Assembly (NCBI GenBank): GCA_036172245.1
Contig: JAYWIR010000011.1
Coordinates: forward strand, 2,852,001 to 2,916,000
Length of the DNA stretch: 64,000 bases
From: Raillietiella orientalis
Lineage: Eukaryota
Reading direction: 5' to 3'
This document shows positions 45,399 through 58,090 of the stretch, piece by piece. The notes beneath the pieces were generated by a model. That model was not told where the DNA came from. It searched no databases and worked only from the letters and a program-made list of their open reading frames with translations. The position numbers and the translations under genes were made by a program. Position 1 is the stretch's first letter. Each line of letters opens with the position of its first letter.

Positions 45399-48300
45399 TT
45401 AATCTATTTTCATAGGAATTGAAGACTTGGCATGAAGTGATGTACAAAATTCATGCAATTGATTTTTGTCCCCACAGAAACACCTGAAGTGATGTAGAAA
45501 TCTTATCCAGAATGATTCATCTGCCATCCAGTTCGTCTTCCATTTTCTTGGAACAATATGATTCCATACCCACAGATATCCTACCTGAATACAGAAACTA
45601 TTGGGAAGAGATTTTTAAATACTTTCGTACCTCCATTTTCCTTGATCGGCATTGCAAAAGCACACACCCACTTACATGGACATAAATTAGCTGTTGTTCA
45701 TTATTCGGTAACATGACAAATCCAAAACATGATGGAATCTCTGACTGTAATGATTGCAATGTAACATGCTCAGGAAGCTCATCACAATGCAAAGGAATAT
45801 ATAACTGTTCACAAAATGGAAGGGAGGGGATCAATGGATTTACGCTGAAAGGGGCAAAAGGAATAGGAATCAAAGCTAGTCCATATGATGACTGTGCTTT
45901 GTGAGCCCAGTTATAGAGAAGTTCGGTTACTACAGAACTTGTCGCCACCATCCATTGAAAAGTCATTTCAAAAGCCATCTGCATTTGGAAAGTTCGAGCA
46001 TACTGCAAATGTCCCCACTCTAATCTCCGAAGACAAGGATCAAGGTCTATGTCTATGGTACCATAGTTTGACTGACTGCTACATGTATCAAAACTAACTT
46101 CCATCCATATGTGATTGAATGATTCTCTCTTACAATATGATTCATTCTCATTTACAAAATAATATATATAAAAGCCAAAAATAAATGGATGATGTGGATC
46201 TCCTGATGCATGACAAATGTGGGATGCATCAAGCAAATCCTTAAAGATAAAGTGAAACCTCACATATCAGAATTTGCCTTACCTTCATCATGCTAATGCC
46301 TGTTTCCTTAACCACATTTTCAACATTTTCCATCAACCACCAAACTGCTTCAGCTGATACAAAACTATTGCTAGGAAGATTATTCTGACTGACAAAACAA
46401 TTCAAGCCTTTATCTGGATCTTTCATGGCAGCAATTAACTCAGGGAGAGTTATTTGGTGAGGTAATTTGCTGCTTTTGCTGCAAGCAATTCATATTTGAC
46501 AAAGTTCATAAAATCAATAATTTTACTTTTCCTCAGAAACCTCAGTAATCCCAAAGCAATCTTCAGGAATTTCCTGTGGATTTGCAGGCAATCGTGAACC
46601 TGATTTGAAACGGGTCCGTTCCAAACAAGCACTGCCTACCCTATCACGAAATGAACCTTTCTGCAATCAAGAATGGATGCAGTGTCATTTCCAGCTGTCA
46701 CAAACATATATTCACATATGAAAGCAAATCAGATAGAATCATGTGCTTTTTACAAGTTAACAGATGTTTTTCCAGCTTCAAGCAAAAAAATTTTTTTTAA
46801 ATTACTTTATCTTGCATTCAAAGAAAAACAATTTTTGTCAGCATTCACCCAAAGTTTTCTCTCAGGATTAACCCGCTTCAATCGATTAATAACAGCTTCT
46901 ACAAAGGCCACAAATCCAAAAAGTAATAAGTTCCAATCCTCTTGACTCATTGATGTACAAAACATGTCACACTGGTTTCCAGGATTATCTAATAATTTTC
47001 TACTTTGCATAGCAAAATGCAAAGGGATTAACAGAAGACGCAGGCGCCAATATTTCAAGCTCTTTTAAAATATAAATCAATGAGTTGCAGAGAGTTTTTG
47101 TATTCTCACCTCTGTCAATGGAAACTCAATTCCTCCTTGACTACAAATGTAATGATCCAAGTAATTCCAATTGTACTGTTCTGGACTGCCAAGAGAAAAG
47201 CATGCTAGACATGTCTCAAAAGATGAACTATTGGGTGATAATAGCTGATAATTGTAAAGAACAGGACAAAAGGGAGATGAAACACGAGGTTTATAAAGAG
47301 TGATTGTAATTTCCGATTCAGAGAGTGCTAGTTTATGCAAAATGCGTCCCAACGTAAGGATGCATTCTTTGGGTGCATTGCCAATAGGAATCAACTGTCT
47401 TGATCTACATGCTGTTGTGGTCACTGGGAGTATGGCAGCTGCTGGTAAGCAGATAAGCTGAAAGCCCTTTGAACAATACATTTTTGGCTAGCACTATTTG
47501 AAACAATTGTACCTGTTGTAATCTTTGGGCTATCAGTTCTTCAAACACAGCCTCAGGATCCTGCTCATGGTCACAAATATCTTCAGGAATTAGCACATAG
47601 TCTGACAACAGAAAATCATTTTCCAATGCCAATTTGGATGGAATAAAATCAGCAGTCAGAGGCAAGGAGGCTGGAATAACCAGCGACTTCCAATCTATAC
47701 CTGAGAAGAGATCAAATGAACTCTAATCAAATTTGGTCAAACCCTGGCAATTGGGAAGTCTCCAAAGAATAGTCTCTGCGATTTCATCAATATCTTGATA
47801 AGTTTTTTTAGTGATATGCATTGAGTGGTCTTCTGAGCTGCAACATGGTGAATTTGGTTTGGAAGCTAGAGCAGCTAAAAGATCAGTGAATGTCATGCTC
47901 CAACAAAGGTACTGCACGCACATGTAGGAAAAACATGGGACCACCTTCGCTGACTGCCTGTCATTAACAGTGAGAGCTTCTTGGGATCAAAAGGATTCAA
48001 AGTGGAAAGAAGCTGTGCTTTTGAGGGAACTGAGCTTTTCTTGGAACGAGGCTTACTTCCACACTCAGGAGAGCCAATTATCGAATCTGAAAATTAATAA
48101 TTACATAAACAATGAGGAAACAAACATACTTTGGTTTGTAAGACTTTTCCTTCTATAATCTTCAGTCCAATCCTTAGCATCCAATAAAGCAGGAAGGGAA
48201 TGGGAAAATGTTTTGTGGAAGGGAAAATGCCTGACATTAAATACCGAAAGAGGTAGGATGTTTTCACATAAACAAACAGGCTTTCTGGAAAAATTGGATT

Positions 48301-50323
48301 CGTTGTAGAAACAAACTCCCTACTTTATTCCTGCCGAATGAGGGAATGATGTTTCCTGAGAAAGAATACTTGTGTTTGGAAGACAAAAATGGAAAGTGGA
48401 AGCAAGTGGCTTGTCTGAATGGCAGCTCCAGGATGTACCCGAATACAAAATACGAGGATGAAAGGGCTCATAACTCAGCTGCTTGCATCTGGAATAAAAG
48501 CTTTGGGCCCATTAATGTATTCCTTATTGCTCCTACCTCAAATTGACCCAGTGTGGCAATGAATAGTGTGCTTGAGAAGGAGACTTGCGGCTTGATGGCA
48601 ATCTATCAACAAACTGAGAAACATAAACTCTATTAATATAAAGTACCAACCATGAACAGTGGCACAATGTGCAGGGGAGGCTCCCCCAAACAAATCACAT
48701 CAATACCAACTCCTTGATCTAACATGTTCTGTTCAGCCATGCTTACAAGATCGGGCTGCACTTCAAATACTCCCACTCCTGGTGTAATCACCACACACAA
48801 TTTTCCAGTACAATCAAAAGTCCGATTTTTATAGTGATTGCCAAACACTAAGTTCACAATTTTATGCTATTTACTTTGTAATCTTACTATTCAGTGACAG
48901 ATTCAAAGCTTCCAAAAAGTTTCCCTTCTGAGAAGAGGAGATAATGCCCTTGGAATCTGTTGATTTTACATGAGAATGAAAATTGAGGATATCTTTCCGA
49001 AATGTAGTAAAGATTCTTTTGAGTCGACTCAACATTGGAAACCAATCATCATACTTGCTGCTTTCTACTGCCACTCTAATGGCAAACAATATTTGACCAG
49101 TATTGTTGCTTACTGATAAAAATCCTCATAGAACTGCTGTTGACTGTCTTGCTGTATACAACTCCTTGCAGTATCTGGCAGGTCATGCAATGATGCCTCA
49201 GAATACACAACTCGAGAAAACAAAATGATGGTCACTTCATGCATGGTGCCATTATTCTGCAGGAAATTCGCAAAAATATTTCAGAAAATCACTTACTTTC
49301 CACAGTAAGAAGAGATCCTTAAGAAATCCGTTGATAGCTTTTTCTAAATACAAGTCACCATATAAGTCAAACTCCCACATTTCTGCACTCATCTGTAGTA
49401 GCAGAAAAATAATTCCAGTCAGAGAACGGAAGACAATCTAATATCCATCTCAAATGGCAAATTCTTCTGTTATAGGACTAACCTTAGTGTTCTCAGTGGC
49501 CATTCCACAAGCAACACGCTTTCCTTGAGACCACAGTTCACTTACTTGTGTACGCACCTTTTCACCAGGTGATTCTATTTTCTTGTTCAAATGAAGACAT
49601 GTATTGGTCTATTAACAAAAAATATAAAGAAATCCATCAAATATGAAACCCCATACAACTAACTAGGCAGCTTTTTTTAAGATACCACATATCACTGCCA
49701 GTTAAACAGTGATCTTTGAAGGTCAAATCAACAGAATCCAATATGATAGTTGAACCTTCCACCAACTGCACAAAAGCATCTTTGTATGCACGCAGCTGAA
49801 ATGTTTGTGCTACTATCTGATCAATGCTAATTGTTCCTAAAAACAAAAGGTAAATTGATATTTTTGGATTATGATTCCATGATATTTTTAATGATTGTTT
49901 TATCTTTTCACGTAAGTGTACGGATAAAGAAAGCCTGAAAAACCTTTTGGAAGGATGTCTTCTTTAAGTGACTTGACTTGCAAAAGCAATCTAGGGAAAC
50001 CACTTTCCACTTGATGAATTTCCAAGACATCCCCGATCTTTATAAGAGGGAAATCTTTAGGATTCAATACTAAGGTTTCATCTGAAAACATTTGCAATAA
50101 GAAACATAAAAATTTTTTCAACAGAAGTCCAACAATATTGGCAAGTTCCATGAAGTTTTCATGTCAGTTATTATCATTATAGCAATTACAGCATAAACAG
50201 TTACCACTTAGATAAATAAACACTAAACTACTTTACACAATAGAAAATTAAAACAAATTGCTCACTTGAAAATTTCTTATCATGTATTATCAACTTGAAT
50301 TTACTACAGACTACATCCTTCAT
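45399..50323 (-). CDS. DEPDC5: GATOR1 subunit DEPDC5/Iml1 (NTD, SABA, SHEN, DEP, CTD), about 21 exons
   Basis: Spliced peptides include [131 protein letters not shown]-like [15 protein letters not shown] and final exon [20 protein letters not shown] at 50323, TAA at 45401-45399. Confidence 0.95.
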
Positions 50324-51238
50324 CTTGTTGCTTAAAAATGAAACTAGTAAGTACATACAAATCGACGAGGGAACCCTTGAGTCCTGTGTGTAAATACACT
50401 AAGCTTTATTCAATCAAAAATCACCAAAATCGCATTTAATTGTTAATTATCTGCTGCACTTGTTACAATGCTAATGAAACATATACTTAATAAAATTTTT
50501 CGACCAGACAGTACAGAGACTACAATCATCTTGGCAAACTTTTCGTAATGTTCGGGGCATCAGTGCAAACACAGAACCATGTTAATATCCACAACTCAAT
50601 ATGCCTACTTCCATGGCAAACTCGTTGGTCCTTTACACATTGTAACTGATAATTTTTTATTAGACCGGCTTCATGAAAAAGTGTCGATTGAACCAACAAA
50701 TGTAGTCAACGGCCTATGAATAAAGTACACAATTTACAAATTTTTCCAGTCTTATTGGTCACCTCTTTGCATAAGTGCTGCGAGTCTCCATCACTCAGCA
50801 GATCTGGAGCAATTTAGAGCACCCCTTCAGAGAGTGCACCCTTAGTTCGAACAGGTCACACATGCACGAACTTCTTTGGGAGCAAGAAAACACTGCAGAA
50901 ACTGTTTTGAATTTTGCGTTTATTGCAAAAAAGCAAGTAAGCTTAAAATGGTAAAAAAGACACTTTTATTTAGCATGAGTGAGTAAAAATGAATTTGTAC
51001 TTTGAAAAGTGCAAAACACCTACAATGTGGGACAGTCATTTTACGACATTCATTCGGTGGCTATGTGCACCAGCAACCACGTCTGCAGGCAGTTTTAGCA
51101 CTTACTGTGCTCAAAAAGTCATTCGTTTCATAAAGATTTTACGACAGAGTTCAAGCTACATTCTCGGACAGCACCTTTTATTATATGTTATCAACCAGCA
51201 ACAGCAGTAAACCAGAATACATAGTCTTAGTCTTGGAA

Positions 51239-51456
51239 TCAATAGTCTGCAGTCACTTCACGGTTGCGGTCTCTGCACCCAGCACAACGGCAGGAGCAGC
51301 AGGAACTTTTTGCATCCTGCAGATCTGCAACAGGAATGCATATCTGCCAAGCAGTGACAAATTAGGCTTGGCTGTGCCCAAGTATACAGAGTTCCTTTTC
51401 GGTGTTTGCTTCCTACTACGGTTTGTTTCTGAATCCGGAGTTCCCATTGCATCCAT
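51239..51456 (-). CDS. Candidate small spliced Cys-rich ORF (57 aa), or the 3' end of an orphan gene
   Basis: Removing a 44-nt GT..CTAAT..CAG intron (51344-51387) gives MDAMGTPDSETNRSRKQTPKRNS|ICIPVADLQDAKSSCCSCRCAGCRDRNREVTADY*. Other frames are also possible. Confidence 0.2.
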
Positions 51457-54400
51457 AGCGTTGAACCCGCTCCTTTACCCTTTAACAAAACTTCTACCGT
51501 GAAACGAACCACCGTGACGAATCTTTGTTTCCATAAGCAAAACCAAAACGAACGTTTCATTCGACAGCTTTATACTTCCTCAAAGGCAGGAAAGAATTAC
51601 GATGATTTAATCCTTTCCGGATTCCTAGCCTAGAACGGTTTTCTCCGCGTTGAATCTGCGAATCCGACAAAAGTGTCTTGCCGGGTTTTCTCCAAGAGTC
51701 ATCTTTTACTTGTAATTTTAACCTTAAAGACGAAGAACAGTGAGGCAGAAAAAAGTACAGCACAAGACATGAGTAAGTAAACAAGGACTCATGAATACTT
51801 ATTACACTTGTGAATCTCCGTCATTCTCATAATCGTCTAAAAAGAAAATATACTCGATATTTACGAAAACAAAGCTTTTTGCAAATAATGGTTTGTGAGT
51901 ATATGCTTATTATGCCAATTTGCAAGAAATTCAGAATAGTCAGGAGCAAATTATGAAATGTAAGAATACGCGTAAAAGGAAAGAGCTAGCTTCTCCCAAA
52001 CATCAAGAACTATAGCTTCGAAGATAGTAAGGTGCTGCACTTTCGAGATAAAGGATTCAGTGAACCACTTCTGAAACTTCTGATAAAAATGTGCAAGATT
52101 CATACGCAAAGATAAGATTAACATCATAACTCTGATTCCTAATTTTAATATAAAAACATCTGCAAGCTGAATGACGACAATCATACTTTACGTTTATGAA
52201 TTGTGCAACAACTGAAGAAAAAGGAACGTTTCATTTAAGAGGAAAATTATAACGCCTTAGTAGCTTGCGATCTTTTCAAAAATTTCTAGTGATGAGAACT
52301 CGAAACAAATAAATTGTACTTAAATTTTAAGCTTTTCTTCAAGAAAAAAATTAATTTGTTCATCGTTACTCAATCCGTCAGTGTTATTCATCGCATAGAT
52401 TAATTAATGCTCGAAACATCGTCTTGTGTTTCTAATTCAACTTTTCTACTAGCATTCAGAAAAAAATTTTCAAAATTTTTGTTTTGAAAGATAAAATTCT
52501 TCTGAATTCTTAAAATGCTGAAGACCATGTTCTATATGTGAAGCTATTTGTACTCTTAATTGAAGAACTTTCCAAATAAACAGTTGAGTTTCTAAATATC
52601 CAGTCTTCAGTGTTTCAATGTTCCAGTTTCAACGATCAGCAATGTGTTATGCAAAGCTTTTCTAAAAAATGTGCGGTATAATGTTTTCCATATGTCTTCA
52701 TAGCTATAGTTTAATCAGGGTTCTTTTTATTCTTTGGTTACTATTGGTGGACATTCAATACATAAAGTGGATCACAATTTTTCATATGTTTACCATCTTT
52801 TTGTTCCCACTGTATGGTAAGCTTTCATTTCCATGTTTGATTGTACTTATTTATTCATTTATATTTTCATGTGCTTCGTCATTCACTATCTATCATACCA
52901 TTATTTTTCTCTTTTTTACGAGGAGCATTTTTTTTATTGTAGTCTGTTCCTAGATGAAATCAAATGCAATAATTATATAATTAACTAGCAATTAATTTAA
53001 TTGGAATTTATTGTTGTCATCCAGTAATAATCACTCACATTGATTTTAGTGTATTAGGGATCAATCTGATTTTAGAGCCAATGATTTTCGTCGGATATTT
53101 GAGATACCGAATTAATTTGTTATTTTTCAGAGCCTCTCGATCTTCCAGGATTTTCATTCTTATTTCAGGACTCCCATTAAGAGGGCTTGAAGTCTCACAA
53201 GTTCCAAGCGCGCCATGAATCTCAGAGATCAGTGAACTGATCTTGAAAACGTGATTTGCTTAACAGTCTTTTCAAAATGACCCCTTGAAGTTTCATAAGG
53301 GAATTACAACGGCGATGAAGTAAACTCGACAGCTCCCACAACATGAGACTTTAGGCAGCACTTAGTTGTAGCAGTTGCTTTTCCTCTGTTGAAGAAACTC
53401 GAGCATAAGCGTAGCATATGTGTCTTTTTTTTTTTTTGAATAGCTACATAGTCGGAAGCATTCGAAGGGCTTCGAAGTACCTTTTCTTTCTCGGTCAAAC
53501 TCTCGGGTAATGAATGAGGTATCACCTTACATGAGTTGGTGGTAACCAGGAATTTTGGAGTCCCCCAAAGATGAAAGAACAAAGTAGGAGACCCTATTCA
53601 ATGTTTAGTTGTCGGGAATTGCCAGACTTAGAGCTTTTATGGTTATTTGTTTCAGAGATCCAATTTGTAAATATTGGGATGATACTAGAATCTTGGAATA
53701 AAGGATAATCCTAAGCCGTAACAACAATTCATTTTGAAGTATTCAAATCCAAAATGTGACTTTGGTGAGAACGGACCGTGTTTCTTGAACCACTGTTTTC
53801 TCAAGATATCTCAAATTGCTTGGCAAACGGAAAAAAACATAGTTCCATGCAAAAATAATTGAAATAATTATTCTCAAAGGCTCGTATATTAATCTGGTTG
53901 CAAATGTAGTCATGCAATTGGCAAAGTGACTGTCCGTGAAGCTTTTATATCATCATGAACTTCGTGCACAGAAGAAAACGTGGCAGTTACGGGTTAAGAG
54001 TATAGAGAATGTATCAGCATATCCAGAAATTTGCAGTAGTCCGTACAGGCAGTTTGAATCAAGAATGAATTTGAAATCCATACTGAAAATCCTCTCATTC
54101 GAATAGTCTTATTACTATGATAAATGTAGAAAACTAGTCAGTTTAACTTTCTATGCTCTGTCCTTAGGGACAACTAACCAACCTTCCCAGTTCGCCTTAA
54201 CATTTGGTATTATAATAATTTCCACTATGAAGAAGCACCATTTTTGTATTATTATTCAAAATGAATGGAGAAAAGAATCAGCTTTTATAATTCGAGGATG
54301 TGATCGGGCTTCGAATCAATAAGAACGGCATCTACGATTATTCCATATATTCGGAGCACTTTCAAAAAACTTCCATGATCGATACTCAATTGACGTACAT

Positions 54401-55077
54401 AAGACTCTTCATTAATTTATGCATTTAAATGTTCAGAATAGATCATTTGGCATTCTAAATCCTTCTGCAATCTGGAGTGACATGGATGTTATCTTCTAGT
54501 TCGGAGAAAACACTTGTGTTCTGAAACACTTAATCGGCTTCTGAGGAAACTGTTGCTTCATCCATCCTTAGATTACAATGTTTTTTAATTATTAATTTTC
54601 CGCAGCCACTTATGTATTGCACCATAGGTTGTCTTGTCAGAAAATATTAACTAATTTGCCACAAATAATGACGTCTATCTATACCATCATCGTGCTACTT
54701 TATTTGATTTGCTATTCATGCATAAAGCATTAGTACAGCAGGGACTTTGCAGTGTGCTTGCCTTTGACGACGCCAGCTATGCAAAACTAATCGGTGTCAC
54801 CTAGGAAGTCACCATGTTTCTTTCATTATGTACAACAGTTTTGGGGGGTTGACCCACTGATACACAAAGAATCACATAATTGTATTAAGCGTGCACATTC
54901 CAAAACCCTACCATGGTCAGGCCTGTTATCCTTCATATACGAAGATTTTTCAAAATTTAAAGCCTTTCCAAATTCCAAACAATTTTGGTTTCTAATTTTG
55001 AAAATTGCCATTCTAATGGCTGGTCGACCGACAAAACAATATATTTTTTCTTTAAGTTTTTTCATTCCAAGACGCTT

Positions 55078-55119
55078 ATGCTTGGAACATAAGGTAAATA
55101 TACCTTATGTTCCAAGCAT
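55078..55119. repeat. Perfect inverted repeat, 19-bp arms, 4-nt spacer
   Basis: ATGCTTGGAACATAAGGTA-AATA-TACCTTATGTTCCAAGCAT. Confidence 0.94.
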
Positions 55120-56311
55120 GAAATTGTGCACTCAGTATAGTATCCATGAAGAGAAACAAAAATATAGGTTTTAGGAATGAATACGCATACACGTCCCTAG
55201 CAATACTTAAATCAAATATGATATTAAAAGGGTTTGGCAAACTATTTCAAAACTCTCATGTTCTTCAAGTCCAGACTTTAATTTAAAACACTGACAAAGT
55301 TGACCTCACATATGATAATCCAAACAGAAGCCTGATCAGAATTCTTGAGATAAAAACTGAGAACTGACAATAGAAAACAGAGAACAGAAACTGTCATGGG
55401 CAAAAATTTCGGTATAACATACAAATTAACAGTATCTGATCCATTTTTATGGCACCCATGGTTTATCATCAAAGGTTTTCATTCTTGATTTATGAAATGA
55501 GTCATTTTAATTGAATACATTGCTTTCTGAACATGTAAAAATTAAAAGAGAATTTGGCAACTGTCCGAACTAAAAAACAGTAAAAGAAAAAAAACATCTA
55601 TGTTTTCTCACTTTTAAGATTTCACTGACACAGTAATAGATAATTATAGTATTATAGTACAATCACAAATCATTGCTTGCTTTCACACATGATAAATGGA
55701 TCCATGTTTCCTGGTTCTGAAAGCTGGTGTCCTCAACTCAACTCACAAAATCTGCTGTACCATACATTATAAGTTGATAAATGAATATTTACTTTGCCAT
55801 CTACTTTTGTTCCCTGAAAAACTTGTTTGTGGATTTCAATGATGACATTTTCCTGCTTCATGCCATTTGCAATCCAAACAAATGATTAATCTCTAACCAG
55901 TTTGATAAAAATACCAAACGTTTTCTTAATTATATGATTAGCTATAGCTAATAGTATAGTATGGGAACATATGATAATACTTTAGTAGCATTCAACTGTT
56001 TTTTTTTTTGGTATAAACATTATCATCAACTCAGATCTACTAAGCTTGAAACTGAAGCAGATAAATTGAATTTGTAAGAATTCATTATGTCCATTCTTAT
56101 GTATTTATTAATTTGCTTCCAGTAATTGTCCTCCCTTTCTACTGAGAACCCAAAATTTTACATTAATTTTGTCAAGCTTGAAGAATTATGAAAATCAATC
56201 CATGGAAGCTTTCATGTTGTATACCATTTACACATAATTTTTAGCTGTACCTAATAATAAAATCCATAAAATTACACTACTTGAATGATGAAAAGTACAC
56301 TTGCATCTTAC

Positions 56312-58090
56312 TTAACTATAGGCTGCATTTAAAGCTCGACCAATTACAAGTCGACGAATTTCACAGGTTCCTGCACCAATTTCATAGAGTTTTGCATCTC
56401 GAAGAAATCTCCCAGTGGGATATTCATTGATGTATCCATTTCCACCTGTTCAAATGATTCATAATGCTGAAAGGATGTCTACAGACCAAGACACTGGATA
56501 GCATCCAATGCAACTTTGGTAGCATTTTCTGAACAATAAAGTATGACTGCTGCAGCATCTTTGTTATTTATATGACCACGATCTGCAGCCTTTGCCACAG
56601 AGTACAAATAGCAACGGCTTGAATTCAGTAATGTGTACATATCAGCTAACTTCCCCTAGAGTTTGCAATAAATTGCAATTGTTGTTCATATACCAATATC
56701 CACCTGAATCAGCTGAAATTCTCCAATTCTTTGCTCAAATTGCCTCCGCAAATGGACATAGTCAAAAGCAACATCACAACTGGCTTGCATCAGGCTAATA
56801 AATGGGAATCAGACTGGTCAGAACAAAACAAAACATGTTCCACCTACCCTACTGGTCCAGCTGCTAAAATAATGCGCTCTAAATCAAGGCCACTAAAGAG
56901 CACATACACTCCTTTGTTTTCTTCTCCTAATAAATTAGCAACTACAGTATACAAGTCAATACAATCCCAATTGATCCATAGATCCACCTGGGACTTTGCA
57001 ATCCTGGAAAATGAGCTCTGAAGTATTAGAGCCTCTCATTCCTAGCTTATCCAGCTTTATCCCACGAGAAAAACCTTCCATACCCTGTTCCACAATAAAT
57101 GTAGAAATACCATGTTGGGGCTTTTTGGCATCAACATTGGTTTTGGCATAAACCTGATATCACTTTCAATTGTTCTGAGACAAAAATCACCTCTTACCAC
57201 CAATACATCTGCATCTGGCCCATTAGTAATCCAAAATTTGTTACCATTTAATACATAATAATCTCCTTTTTTCTCAGCTTTTAATTTCATAGAGACAACA
57301 TCTGAACCTGATCCAGCTTCACTCATCGCTAATGCTCCAATATGCTCACCACTGCAAAGCTGTGACAATAACAAAACCATTACATTCACTGTCCCTATCC
57401 CAATCCTACTTTAGGTAAATATTTTTCTTTTTGTGCCTCTGTGCCATTACGATGTATCTGATTTACACATAAGTTGCTGTGTGCACCATAACTTAATGCA
57501 ACTGCTGCACTTGCACGAGATATTTCTTCCATAATCAGACAATGATCAAAATAACATCCATCTGAACCTCCATATTTGCTGCCAACCGTTATTCCTAGGA
57601 ATCCCATATTTCCCATTTTTTTCCAGAATTCCTTTTATCTGATATAAGGTAGGGTTGGTGGTATTTTTTTGATTTACCCTTAATTGGGGAAAACTGTTTT
57701 CTTTATCAATCTTGTCTGCAAATGGGGCTAGTTCCACTGAGCAAAAATTAGAAACTGCAGCTCGCATCTGAAAAGATTTCTTATAGAAATACCATAACCA
57801 TTTTCTGCAATTTGAATTTATTTTCTTAACTGGAGAATTGAAAAATTTGCTTGTCATCAGTGAAACCTATCTATACAAAACTGAACAAACACCTTGACGT
57901 GTTTACTTAGTTAGGAATCTCAATTATTTCAGTTGCTTTTGCTGATATTCTGACTTACCTGTTTTTGATCATCCGTTAACCCGAATAAGTCATCATCTAT
58001 TGCTAATTGCATGGATCGTGCAAACTGTTTCTGCTTTACAAATAAATTTCCAAGTCTTGAAACAAACTTCGTAAGAACGAAACTACACAT
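56312..58090 (-). CDS. IVD: Mitochondrial isovaleryl-CoA dehydrogenase, 9 coding exons
   Basis: A basic presequence is followed by [14 protein letters not shown]. Motifs: [76 protein letters not shown] (IVD-type catalytic Glu), [27 protein letters not shown]. Confidence 0.96.
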
